Below, in pieces: positions 48,909 through 58,071 of a stretch of DNA of 64,000 bases. Location of the stretch: contig CAVOGR010000007.1 of NCBI GenBank assembly GCA_963695555.1, forward strand, positions 352,001 through 416,000, given 5' to 3'. How positions within the stretch are numbered: the stretch's first letter is position 1; every line of letters starts with the position of its first letter. A program made the position numbers and the translations under genes. This DNA is from an uncultured Gemmatimonadales bacterium (GTDB lineage: Bacteria > Gemmatimonadota > Gemmatimonadetes > Gemmatimonadales > GWC2-71-9). The notes under the pieces were generated by a model, which searched no databases, had not been told where the DNA came from, and worked only from the letters and a program-made list of their open reading frames with translations.

Positions 48909-49471
48909 CCAATGACACTGGTGGCATGCTGACGCCCGAAGAGCAGGCCGCGTTCGAGGCATTGCCGAAGACCCGGGAGCCCAGCCGGCTGGCCGAGGAA
49001 CGCACGGTCCAAGCCCTGGCGGAGCGGGGCCTGCTGATCGGTAGACGCCGCCACGGGCGATGGCGCGGCAGGATTCCGTTGATCGCGGCGGGTCTGGCTG
49101 CCGCCGCGGCCCTGTTCGTCGGTGGCATTGCCGTGGGCCAGTGGCTCGGGTCGCGCGCCATCGCGGACTCGATGGCCGCCGCACAACATGAGACCGCGCT
49201 GGAGATGGCCGCAGCGGTGCAGCGCACCGGATCGGCCTATGTCACCGCCCTCGCCGCCTTGTCTCAGCTCGCGGATTCATCGAGCAACGGCGCGGTGGCG
49301 CAGGGACGCGAGGCGGCGCTCACCGCACTGTATGCGGCGGCCTATGAGCTGGTGCAGCTCGCCCCGGACGATCCCATCGCCGTCACGATACGCGACCGCC
49401 TTGACAACCTGCGGCGTGAACAGCAAACCGAGGACGAACAGAGCGTCATTCGACACGTCGTCTGGTTTTGA
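48905..49471 (+). CDS. Putative anti-sigma factor (single TM helix)
   Basis: ATGA overlap with the ECF gene; one TM helix. Confidence 0.6.
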   Translation: MTNDTGGMLTPEEQAAFEALPKTREPSRLAEERTVQALAERGLLIGRRRHGRWRGRIPLIAAGLAAAAALFVGGIAVGQWLGSRAIADSMAAAQHETALEMAAAVQRTGSAYVTALAALSQLADSSSNGAVAQGREAALTALYAAAYELVQLAPDDPIAVTIRDRLDNLRREQQTEDEQSVIRHVVWF

Positions 49472-49496
49472 GGCGACCGCGACCTGAGGAGGAAAC

Positions 49497-50594
49497 ATGT
49501 TCGTGTTTCGATATTTGATGATGGCGCGCAGTGCGGGGGCTGCGGCACTCGCGCTGACAGTCGTCTGCACGGTCAGTGCCGCGGCGCAACAAGGGGTCGC
49601 CCAAGCCTGCCCGGCCGGTACTGCCCGTACTGGCACGCTGGGCTATGCCGAGCTCGAGTGCAGTAACTGCACCCTGTACCAGCCCGAGGACGACCCGCTC
49701 GGCCATCGCTGGGAGTTTAGCTCCGAGCCAACGATCGGGGGTATCAAGGCCGACGGCCCCGCAGCGGGGAAGCTCAAGAATGGTGACGTCATCGCCGCTA
49801 TCGACGGTCATCTCATCACGACGCGCGAGGGCGGCCGCCGGTTCGGCCTACTCGAGGCAGGCAAGCCGGTCATGCTGAAGGTTCGGCGCGGCGGCCGCGA
49901 GCTCGACGTCGCCGTCACACCGGCTGCTACCTGCGAGACGGTTCGCACGGCCGTTCGGGCTCCCCGAGTGGACGCCGCACCCCGGCCAGTGCGTGAGCCC
50001 CGGCCACCACGGCCCACCGCCGCGCCGCGCCCGCGGAGAACGGTGGAGGTGCCCGCCCCGCCTCCTCCTCCGGAGCCGCGCGCACGGCTGGGGTTCAGCA
50101 TCAGATGCTCCGATTGCACGATCGACCGGACCGAGGATGCCGTGGTGTGGCGCTTTCGAGAACCCCCGACAGTTCAGCGCGTCGAGCGCGACGGACCTGC
50201 CTATGCGGCCGGCATCCGAAGCGGTGACATCCTGACCCATATCAACGCCGTACCGCTCACAACAGAGGAAGGGGGCCGCCTGTTCGGCGCGGTCGAGGCG
50301 GGCGACACCGTGAGCCTTCGCCTCGTGCGAAACGGTATGGAACGCGACGTCGGTGTGGTGCCCGAATCGAAAGTGGTTCTGGCGAGACGTCTGCTGGAAG
50401 CCGCCCGAGTGCGCGGGGTCGCTCCCGAACCGACCCCGCTCGCCGACGTGGCTGAGCCGAGGTTTTCGGGAAACATCGGCGACGCCTTTGTTCAGGTCAC
50501 CGGCGGCCCGATCACCGTCACTCGTACCGAGGAGGAGATCGTGATTCGGAGCCAGGACATCACCGTCCGGATCACGACGGGTGGCGGATCGTAG
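49497..50594 (+). CDS. Secreted tandem PDZ-domain protein
   Basis: Signal peptide; two GPA...L/I..GD.I PDZ motifs separated by a Pro-rich linker; GAGGAGG SD. Confidence 0.8.
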   Translation: MFVFRYLMMARSAGAAALALTVVCTVSAAAQQGVAQACPAGTARTGTLGYAELECSNCTLYQPEDDPLGHRWEFSSEPTIGGIKADGPAAGKLKNGDVIAAIDGHLITTREGGRRFGLLEAGKPVMLKVRRGGRELDVAVTPAATCETVRTAVRAPRVDAAPRPVREPRPPRPTAAPRPRRTVEVPAPPPPPEPRARLGFSIRCSDCTIDRTEDAVVWRFREPPTVQRVERDGPAYAAGIRSGDILTHINAVPLTTEEGGRLFGAVEAGDTVSLRLVRNGMERDVGVVPESKVVLARRLLEAARVRGVAPEPTPLADVAEPRFSGNIGDAFVQVTGGPITVTRTEEEIVIRSQDITVRITTGGGS

Positions 50595-50616
50595 CAGGCG
50601 AGACGGCCAGGTCGAT

Positions 50617-50655
50617 CAAGACCGCGGGGGCATCGGCTCCCGCGGTCTTGCTTTC
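50617..50655 (+). terminator. Probable terminator hairpin
   Basis: CAAGACCGCGGGGGC-atcg-GCTCCCGCGGTCTTG followed by CTTT. Confidence 0.6.
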
Positions 50656-50739
50656 GGTCCGCTCGTCGTCGGAAGGATTATGTCGCGTCCTTCCAGAAGG
50701 CGACACTGCAGGGAACCAACCACCCCAGGAGCGGCAGCG

Positions 50740-51033
50740 ATGCGACCCGACCCAACCGACGGCACACTCGATTTCGAGAGCCAAGCGCAGGCGGGGGCGC
50801 GTGTCGCCAGCCGCCTGGCCGATGCAATTCCCAACGGACCCGAGGCTACCATGGAGGTGAGCCGGTCACTCACCAATACCGAGATCGTCTGCGGGCTTTC
50901 GTTTCTTGCGACCGTGCTCGAGATCGCCTCGGTGTCCACCAAGACTCTCTCGGAGGTCCAGAAGGAGCGGGGTGGTCTCCTCTCGACCCCCAAGCCCAAG
51001 CAGCCAACGCGAGGATGGCTCAAGTGGAATTGA
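50740..51033 (+). CDS. Hypothetical protein
   Basis: AGGAG SD; 97-aa ORF. Confidence 0.55.
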   Translation: MRPDPTDGTLDFESQAQAGARVASRLADAIPNGPEATMEVSRSLTNTEIVCGLSFLATVLEIASVSTKTLSEVQKERGGLLSTPKPKQPTRGWLKWN

Positions 51034-51044
51034 CGTGGTGCTCG

Positions 51045-52235
51045 CTAGCGCGGTGGCAGGATGCGGGCGGCGGGCAGGTCAGGCCAGGCGGTCCACCCCT
51101 CCGGCGCGATCACAACCCGGATGGCGTCCCGGCCATCGATACGGATATCGTCGAGCCTGGTTCGATAGCCGGGCCGATCGGAGTTCCCCACGGCTTGTCC
51201 GAGCCTATCGCGGAATCGGCTCGCGGACCGCGCGTCATCCCACACGCTGTACCACACGAGGGCGGAACCACTCGGCGTTCGATACACCCGGTACCGGTCG
51301 CCCCCCCACCCCAAGGCGAGGGCTGAGTTGAGCGTATTCCGGCCCGTACGTGTGGCCAGCAGAATACGAATCTCGAATTCTCCGAGATTGTCCTGGTACA
51401 TCACGTCAGGAGTCGAGTCAGTGAACGCCATCGGCACGGGAATGTCTCCGGCCAGGTAACGGGCGGGATGCAGTATCTGTTCGGTCGATACCGGCATGCG
51501 CCCCCCAAATGGGACGGTGTCCGCCAAGGCCGAGGTTTCCCACCACTGCATGAACTCTCCGCCACCCAGGTACGGAAAGAGCAACCACTCTTTGAGCAGA
51601 AGCGGCAGGCCCGGCGGAAGGGTGCCGGTCGCGGACTCGCTCGCGCGGCGGACCTCCTCCCAGAAGGATGGGCTGGACACGGTGGCCGCGCCGGCGAACA
51701 GCACCAGTGACGCGTAGTTCGCCTGCCCCTCGAGGGTCGATTGGATGGCCGTGCTCAGATCGTTATCGCCCTTCGACGCGAGCATCGATGCGAGCGGCAG
51801 GTATTGGCCCTGGAGGGCGTGGACCAATTCATGGGCGACCACCAATCGGACCTGGACGGGGTCGCTGCCTTCCACCACAAACAGCATGGCGGAATCAGGG
51901 TCGAAGAACCCGACCACTTGCTGGGAGAGGAGGTCGGTGATGACCGGCCCGAGCTCGAGCGTATCGGGCAGCAGGCCGAACAAGCGATAGGCCTCCTGCA
52001 CGCCGGCGAGTTTCTGCGGCGGCAGTTCCTGGTTGAGTTTCGCGATGATATAGCGACGCACGTCGTCGCGGCTTCGCAATCCCGAGACCGGCGGCTCCTT
52101 GTACGGCAGACCAACCGCGTCTTCGATGAGTGGCGCAAGGCTGTCGACCATACGCTGGATGTCGCTCGCCACGGGAGGACGGGGAGGCTCGCCCCGGCAG
52201 GCTCCGGCTGCCGCCAGCATCAGCATGCCCCACAT
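51045..52235 (-). CDS. Putative zinc metallopeptidase-like lipoprotein
   Basis: Lipobox AGAC; AHELVHALQ (HExxH), EGQA, STEQILHP and GWGGD motifs. Confidence 0.75.
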   Translation of the reverse strand: MWGMLMLAAAGACRGEPPRPPVASDIQRMVDSLAPLIEDAVGLPYKEPPVSGLRSRDDVRRYIIAKLNQELPPQKLAGVQEAYRLFGLLPDTLELGPVITDLLSQQVVGFFDPDSAMLFVVEGSDPVQVRLVVAHELVHALQGQYLPLASMLASKGDNDLSTAIQSTLEGQANYASLVLFAGAATVSSPSFWEEVRRASESATGTLPPGLPLLLKEWLLFPYLGGGEFMQWWETSALADTVPFGGRMPVSTEQILHPARYLAGDIPVPMAFTDSTPDVMYQDNLGEFEIRILLATRTGRNTLNSALALGWGGDRYRVYRTPSGSALVWYSVWDDARSASRFRDRLGQAVGNSDRPGYRTRLDDIRIDGRDAIRVVIAPEGWTAWPDLPAARILPPR

Positions 52236-52246
52236 CCGCACCGCCG

Positions 52247-53032
52247 CTACGCCATCAAGTATCGTCGATACCATTCGATGATTTCCGGTCCCACGAGAAA
52301 GGTGGCGGCGGCGCCAATGGCGAGGAAGATCCCGAACGGCACCAGCTTCTTCTGCCCGAGGAGGGTGAGCGGCACGAAGATCAAGGTGCCGAGCAACGCG
52401 CCGAGGAAGATTGTGAGCAGCACCCCCTGCCAGCCGAGGAAGGCGCCGACCATGGCCATCATCTTGATGTCGCCGCCACCCATCGCGTCTTCTTTCAGCA
52501 CCAGCGTGCCGACGTAGCCAACCAGCCAGAGGAGGCCGAAGCCGATGGCCGCGCCGAGGACCGCGTGCCACAACCCGAGCCAGCCGCCGGCGACCGCGAA
52601 CAGGAGCCCGATCACCAGACCACCCAGGGTAAACTCGTCCGGAATGATGTATTCCCGCGCGTCGGTCATGGCGATGCCGAAGAGGATCGTGCCCAGGATG
52701 GCGCCGCGAAAGGCCTCGAGGGAGACGCCCTCCCGGTATGCCATGTAGGCCCAGAGGCCGGCGGCCGCGAGCTCGACCAGCGGATACTGGATCGACACGG
52801 GCGACTTGCAGTTCCGGCATCGGCCGCGGAGAAGCAGCCAGGATAGAACGGGAATATTGTCGTACCAGGCGATCGGCTGTCCGCATCCCGGGCACCGGGA
52901 CCGCGGTGAGATGACGGATTGATCGGCCGGCCACCGCAAGATGCAGACATTCAGGAAACTTCCGATGATGGCGCCAAGCATGGCCGCGAACGCCACCACC
53001 AAAGCCCGGGCCTCCAAGAGCTCACGCTCCAC
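52247..53032 (-). CDS. pilD: Prepilin peptidase
   Basis: GSFLNVCI.R, CPGC, NIPVLSW, CRNC and MGGGDIK motifs. Confidence 0.95.
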   Translation of the reverse strand: MERELLEARALVVAFAAMLGAIIGSFLNVCILRWPADQSVISPRSRCPGCGQPIAWYDNIPVLSWLLLRGRCRNCKSPVSIQYPLVELAAAGLWAYMAYREGVSLEAFRGAILGTILFGIAMTDAREYIIPDEFTLGGLVIGLLFAVAGGWLGLWHAVLGAAIGFGLLWLVGYVGTLVLKEDAMGGGDIKMMAMVGAFLGWQGVLLTIFLGALLGTLIFVPLTLLGQKKLVPFGIFLAIGAAATFLVGPEIIEWYRRYLMA

Positions 53033-53792
53033 TAATCACCTCGTACAGGAGGATTCCCGCCGTCACGGCCGCATTGAGCGACTCGGCGGGGCCGACGAGC
53101 GGAATAGCGACCCGTCGATGGGCCAGGACGCCCAAGGCCGGATCGATCCCTGCTCCCTCATTCCCGATCACGATGGTGATCGCGCCAGCAGCCTTTATGC
53201 CACCGACCGGTTCCCCCGCCGCATCCGCCAGCCACAGCGCCCCACCCGACACCCGGTGCCACTCCACGAACGCCTGAACGTCTGCCGACGCCGCGGGTAG
53301 CCGGAACGATGCCCCCATGCTGCCGCGCAACACCTTGGGAGCACTGAGTTCGGCCGTGCCTTTGAGGGCAATCACTCCAGCCGCTCCGAGACCGAAGGCG
53401 GTCCGCACCATGGTGCCGACGTTGCCCGGATCCTGCACCCGATCCAGCACGAGCACGGGGCGCCCGGGTTCGGCCCGCACGTCGTCCAGCGTCCATCGCT
53501 TCGGCTCGATGACCGCGACGACCCCCTGCGGGTGTTCGGTGTCGGCAAGATTGGCGAGCTCCTTGTCGGAGACGCCGACCAGCAACACGGCCCTCGATTC
53601 GAGCGCGGACTTGAGGGCGGCGCCACGCGGCGTACCTTCCAGATTCGGTGCCACGGCCGCACCGCGGAAGATCATCCCGGCGGCGAGCGCCTCTTCGATC
53701 AGCCGGACTCCCTCGATCAGAGTCAGGTTGCGGCGCTCGCGGCCCCGGCGGCGATGAAGATCGCGAATCAACGACTGGATGGACCCAGACAT
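53022..53792 (-). CDS. TrmH/SpoU-family RNA methyltransferase
   Basis: [17 protein letters not shown] and ESLNAAV motifs. Confidence 0.93.
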   Translation of the reverse strand: MSGSIQSLIRDLHRRRGRERRNLTLIEGVRLIEEALAAGMIFRGAAVAPNLEGTPRGAALKSALESRAVLLVGVSDKELANLADTEHPQGVVAVIEPKRWTLDDVRAEPGRPVLVLDRVQDPGNVGTMVRTAFGLGAAGVIALKGTAELSAPKVLRGSMGASFRLPAASADVQAFVEWHRVSGGALWLADAAGEPVGGIKAAGAITIVIGNEGAGIDPALGVLAHRRVAIPLVGPAESLNAAVTAGILLYEVISGA

Positions 53793-53813
53793 GGCTCCCG
53801 ACGGAATGCTCCT

Positions 53814-54623
53814 ATGAAGATTGCCCTCACCGTTGCCGGCTCGGACTCAGGTGGAGGTGCCGGCATCCAGGCGGACCTCAAGACGTTTCACCAGTTCGGA
53901 GTATACGGAACCTCGGTCATCGTGGCGGTGACTGCGCAAAATACTCGCGGGGTCCGTTCGGTCCATCCCATTCCATCCAACGTCGTGGCCGATCAGCTCG
54001 AGACACTCGCCGAGGACCTCCCGCCGGCGGCCCTCAAGACCGGCATGCTGGCGACCGCCGAACTGGCACTCCAGGTTGCGCAGGCCATCGAGCACCATGC
54101 CTGGACGGAGTATGTACTCGATCCTGTTATGGTGGCGACCTCCGGCGACCGTCTGCTCTCTCAGGATGCGGAGGCGGTCATCCGTGACCAGCTCGTCCCG
54201 CTCGCCGCGGTGGTCACACCCAACCTGCATGAGGCGGAGATCCTGACCGGCGTGTCGATCGGCTCGGTCGACGACATGGTACGAGCTGGTTCGCGGCTGC
54301 TGGAGCTCGGGGCGCGCGCCGCCCTGATCAAGGCCGGCCATCAGCCCGGTGACGAGTTGGTCGACGTATTGGTGTTGCCGGCCGGGATTCGACGCTTTCC
54401 CCACCCACGGATCGTCACGGCCTCGACCCACGGATCGGGATGCACCTTATCCGCCGCGATTACGGCGTGCCTGGCGCTCGAGGAAGACATTCAGACCGCC
54501 GTGGCGCGGGCCATCGACTTCGTTACCCGCGCGATTGCGGCAGCGCCAGGGCTCGGCAGCGGCAGCGGCCCGCTCAACCATCTCGTCCCCGCCCACCCGG
54601 GCGGATCGCCAGACGAGCGCTGA
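53814..54623 (+). CDS. thiD: Hydroxymethylpyrimidine/phosphomethylpyrimidine kinase
   Basis: [27 protein letters not shown] and THGSGC motifs. Confidence 0.95.
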   Translation: MKIALTVAGSDSGGGAGIQADLKTFHQFGVYGTSVIVAVTAQNTRGVRSVHPIPSNVVADQLETLAEDLPPAALKTGMLATAELALQVAQAIEHHAWTEYVLDPVMVATSGDRLLSQDAEAVIRDQLVPLAAVVTPNLHEAEILTGVSIGSVDDMVRAGSRLLELGARAALIKAGHQPGDELVDVLVLPAGIRRFPHPRIVTASTHGSGCTLSAAITACLALEEDIQTAVARAIDFVTRAIAAAPGLGSGSGPLNHLVPAHPGGSPDER

Positions 54624-54625
54624 GC

Positions 54626-55450
54626 TCAAAGCGCGCCGACCAAACCCTCCACCAGATTCCCCAGCTCCCGGCCGACCTCTGCCGCGGTTTCCATGACCTC
54701 GGCGTGACTGAGCGCGACCGGCGAGATGCCCGCCGCGAGGTTGGTGATGGTCGAGATTCCAAGGCAGCGGATTCCGTTCGCGCGGGCGGCGATGACCTCG
54801 AGCACCGTCGACATCCCCACCGCGTCGGCCCCGAGCCGCTCGAGCATCCGGACCTCGGCGGGCGTCTCGTAGCTCGGGCCGAGGAGGCCGGCGTAGACCC
54901 CCTCCTCGAGGCTCACGCCCAGATCCCGCGCCACCGAACGGGCCAGGTCGCGCAGCACGGGATCGTAGGTGGCCGACATGTCTGGAAAGCGTTCTTCTCC
55001 GGCTCGCACCGGGCCAAACAAAGGATTGCGAAAGCTCAGGTTGAGCTGATCGGCGATGAGCATGAGGGTGCCGGGCCGGAAGGTCCGGCGAATTCCTCCG
55101 GCCGCGTTCGTCACGATCAACGTCTCGACACCAAGTTCCGCAAACGCCCGGACGGGAAGCGCGGTGGTGTTGGCGTTGTGGCCTTCGTAGAGATGGAAGC
55201 GTCCGCTTTGGGCCAGGACGTCTTTCCCGGCGAGGCGCCCCGCCACCAGCTCCCCCTTGTGTCCCTCAACCGACGGAGTCTCGAAGCCCGGGATGTCGCC
55301 ATACGAAACCCGCACTGCGTCCTCGAGCCGATCCGCCAGGCTTCCGAGGCCGGAACCGAGGACGATCGCCAGGCGTGGCGTCCGCTGGCCGAGCCGCGCG
55401 CGAATAGCCTCGGCGGCAGCGACGGGATCGGGATGGGTCGTGGCCGTCAT
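54626..55450 (-). CDS. punA: Purine nucleoside phosphorylase (trimeric type)
   Basis: LGSGLG, GRFHLYEG, TNAAGG, GPSYETPAE and VGMSTV.E motifs. Confidence 0.95.
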   Translation of the reverse strand: MTATTHPDPVAAAEAIRARLGQRTPRLAIVLGSGLGSLADRLEDAVRVSYGDIPGFETPSVEGHKGELVAGRLAGKDVLAQSGRFHLYEGHNANTTALPVRAFAELGVETLIVTNAAGGIRRTFRPGTLMLIADQLNLSFRNPLFGPVRAGEERFPDMSATYDPVLRDLARSVARDLGVSLEEGVYAGLLGPSYETPAEVRMLERLGADAVGMSTVLEVIAARANGIRCLGISTITNLAAGISPVALSHAEVMETAAEVGRELGNLVEGLVGAL

Positions 55451-56817
55451 CAGACTAGCATCCCGGCCAAGGAGGCCGACATGAACGCCGCCAGATTCCC
55501 CCCGATCATGGCCCTGAGGCCGAGGCCGGCGATCTCGCTCCGGCGTTCCGGCGCGAGCCCGCCGATGCCACCGATCTGGATGGCGATGGAGGCGAAGTTC
55601 GCGAAGCCGAGCAGCGCGTAGGTCGTGATGATGATGCTCCGCGGTTGCAGGGTGCTGGTCCCCAGGTCGCCGGCAAATTGGATGTAGGCGAAGAATTCGT
55701 TGAGGCCGATCTTGATTCCCACCAACCCGCCGACCGTGGAGGCGTCCTGCCACGGGACTCCCATCAGCCAGACCAGGGGCTGCATGACCAAGCCCAACAA
55801 GTATTGCACACTCCACTCGGCGTGGCCCACGAAGCCGCCCGCCCACCCGAGCATGAAATCGAGCAGGGCCACGAGCGCGATGAACGCGAGCAACATTCCC
55901 GCGACGTTGAGGGCGAGCTGCACACCGGTCGCAGCGCCCGATGCCGCAGCCTCGATGACCCCGGAGTCGGTCTTTTCCACCGAGAGATTCAGGGTGCCTC
56001 GCGTCTCGGGGACCTCGGTTTCCGGCACGATCATCTTCGAGAGGAGGAGACCCGCCGGCATGTTCATGACGCTTGCGGCCAGCAGGTGGGACGCAATGTC
56101 CGGGAAGTATCCCTGCAGCATGCCGACGTAGGCCGCGAGCACGCCGCCGGCGACCGTCGCAAACCCGCCCACCATGACGGTGTTGATCTCGGAGCGGGTC
56201 ATGGTCTTGATGAACGGCTTGATGAGCAGCGGGGCCTCGGTCTGCCCCATGAAGATGTTTCCAGAGGCGGATAGTGTCTCGGCGCCCGAGGTGCCGAGGG
56301 TTTTCTGGACCGCCCAGGCGATGCCCTTCACGATCCATTGCATCACGTTCAGGTAGTACAACACCGACATCAGCGACGAGAAGAAGATGATGACCGGCAG
56401 CACATAGAACGCGAATGCGGCGCCCACGTCCGCCACCACGCCCGCGCTCGCGTCAACGGCCCCATTGGCGACCGGACCGACCGGGACCAGGTTATTGATC
56501 AGATTCCCGAAGATGAACTTGCCGCCTTGGGCGGAAAAGTTGAGCAGCCCCGTCACCAGGGTCCCGATCCATCGGAAGAGGGCCTGGCCCGCCTGGGTCT
56601 TCAGGACGATGAATCCGAAGGCGGCCTGAAGGGCTAGCCCCATCCCCACCAAGCGCCAGTCGATGCGCTTCTTGTTGTTCGACATGAGAAACGCGATCGC
56701 GAGCATCGTGGCGATGCCGACCAACCCCATCAACCGCGCGAGGAGCGGCGTGTCCAGCCCGGCTTGCACCTCGGCAAGGCGCTCGGCTGCCGTCTGGAGC
56801 ATCCAGAGCCCGCTCAC
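55450..56817 (-). CDS. Concentrative nucleoside transporter (NupC/CNT family)
   Basis: LPVIIFFSSL, NIFMGQTEAPL, GFATVAG, NEF and GFANFAS motifs. Confidence 0.93.
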   Translation of the reverse strand: MSGLWMLQTAAERLAEVQAGLDTPLLARLMGLVGIATMLAIAFLMSNNKKRIDWRLVGMGLALQAAFGFIVLKTQAGQALFRWIGTLVTGLLNFSAQGGKFIFGNLINNLVPVGPVANGAVDASAGVVADVGAAFAFYVLPVIIFFSSLMSVLYYLNVMQWIVKGIAWAVQKTLGTSGAETLSASGNIFMGQTEAPLLIKPFIKTMTRSEINTVMVGGFATVAGGVLAAYVGMLQGYFPDIASHLLAASVMNMPAGLLLSKMIVPETEVPETRGTLNLSVEKTDSGVIEAAASGAATGVQLALNVAGMLLAFIALVALLDFMLGWAGGFVGHAEWSVQYLLGLVMQPLVWLMGVPWQDASTVGGLVGIKIGLNEFFAYIQFAGDLGTSTLQPRSIIITTYALLGFANFASIAIQIGGIGGLAPERRSEIAGLGLRAMIGGNLAAFMSASLAGMLV

Positions 56818-57839
56818 CGGATTGCCTCGAGTTCCGCTCGTATGTCGGCAAGCAGCGCCTGCCGTTCAGGCCACGGCAGGAATGCGTGGGCAAACGCGCT
56901 CTGGATCATCTGATCGATCTCCCTTCTGGAGAAACCAAGTTCCTGGTGCGCAAGCCAGTACTCATCCGAGAGCGACACCCCGCACATCAGCCAATTATCG
57001 GTGCACAGTGTGACCGCGAGGCCCGCGTCGAAGTACCCGCGCACCGGATGCGCCGATGCGCGGGAAACGACGCGAGTCTGGAGGTTGCTTGTGATGTTCG
57101 TCTCGATGCAGGTGCGCCGGTCCCGCAGGTAGTTCTGGAGGCGGGGATCTTCCCGCAGTCGCGTCCCATGGCCAATCCGATCGGCGTGACAGCGATGCAC
57201 TGCCTCCGCGATGGACTCGGGCCCGGCCGCCTCACCGGCATGGACCGTAATCCCGAGACACCCGCGGGCTGCGATGTCAAACGCCTTCCCGTGCACGCCG
57301 GGAGGGTGCCCCGCCTCGGCGCCGGCCAAATCGAACCCGACCACACCCCGGTCGCGGAACTCGACCGAGCATTGAGCGATGTCCACCGAGATCTGAGGAT
57401 CGTGCGAGCGGAGTGCGCAATTGATGATCCGGCTCTTGACCCCGAAGTCACGCTCGCCGCGCTGGAGGCCGCGGAACTGGGCCTCGAGGACCTGCGCGAG
57501 TGTCAGACCCGCACGGGTACTGAGCGCCGGGCAGTAGCGGATCTCGAAATACCGGACGCTATCGGCTGCGGCATCCTCCACGATCTCGTAGGCAACCCGC
57601 TCGATCGCCTCCGGGGTCTGAAGTACGGCGATGGTGAATCCGAAGAGCTCGAGATACTCCTCGAGATTGTGAACGTCCGACGCCAACATGTGCCGCTTGA
57701 GCTCCGTCGGATCCTTGGTGGGAAGCGACACGCCCGCTCGGTCTGCCAGCTCGATCATGGTCGACGGCCGGAGCGAGCCGTCGAAATGCAGGTGCAATTC
57801 AGCCTTCGGCAGCCGACCGATCAGTTCACGAGTGAGCAT
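56814..57839 (-). CDS. add: Adenosine deaminase
   Basis: PKAELHLHFDGS, TVHAGE, RIGHG and SN motifs. Confidence 0.92.
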   Translation of the reverse strand: MLTRELIGRLPKAELHLHFDGSLRPSTMIELADRAGVSLPTKDPTELKRHMLASDVHNLEEYLELFGFTIAVLQTPEAIERVAYEIVEDAAADSVRYFEIRYCPALSTRAGLTLAQVLEAQFRGLQRGERDFGVKSRIINCALRSHDPQISVDIAQCSVEFRDRGVVGFDLAGAEAGHPPGVHGKAFDIAARGCLGITVHAGEAAGPESIAEAVHRCHADRIGHGTRLREDPRLQNYLRDRRTCIETNITSNLQTRVVSRASAHPVRGYFDAGLAVTLCTDNWLMCGVSLSDEYWLAHQELGFSRREIDQMIQSAFAHAFLPWPERQALLADIRAELEAIR

Positions 57840-58071
57840 CGACGTCCTCGATCTGCTTCCGCGCAGTGACGACCACCCTGAGAATCGATCCCGCCGTCAC
57901 CGTGGTCTCAGGGGCCAGCCGCACCCCCCGGCCGTCGGTCAGGTACGCGCGTCCGTCCTCGAGCCGACGACCGAGTTCCCCATCGTAGGAACGCACCGCG
58001 TCCCGAGCGGTGGCGCCTTCGGGCACCAGGTGAGAGGACTCGTTCACAAATACCCGGATATCAGCCGTCAT
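57826..58071 (-). CDS. Small protein, possible beta-grasp (ThiS/MoaD-like) fold
   Basis: 81 aa, overlaps both neighbours; IRVFVNE...VP.GAT..DAV...G.ILRVV pattern. Confidence 0.65.
   Translation of the reverse strand: MTADIRVFVNESSHLVPEGATARDAVRSYDGELGRRLEDGRAYLTDGRGVRLAPETTVTAGSILRVVVTARKQIEDVDAHS

Noticed and set aside
53793..53813. TPP riboswitch upstream of thiD
   Set aside because: Only 21 bp separate the divergent genes and no TPP aptamer motif is visible
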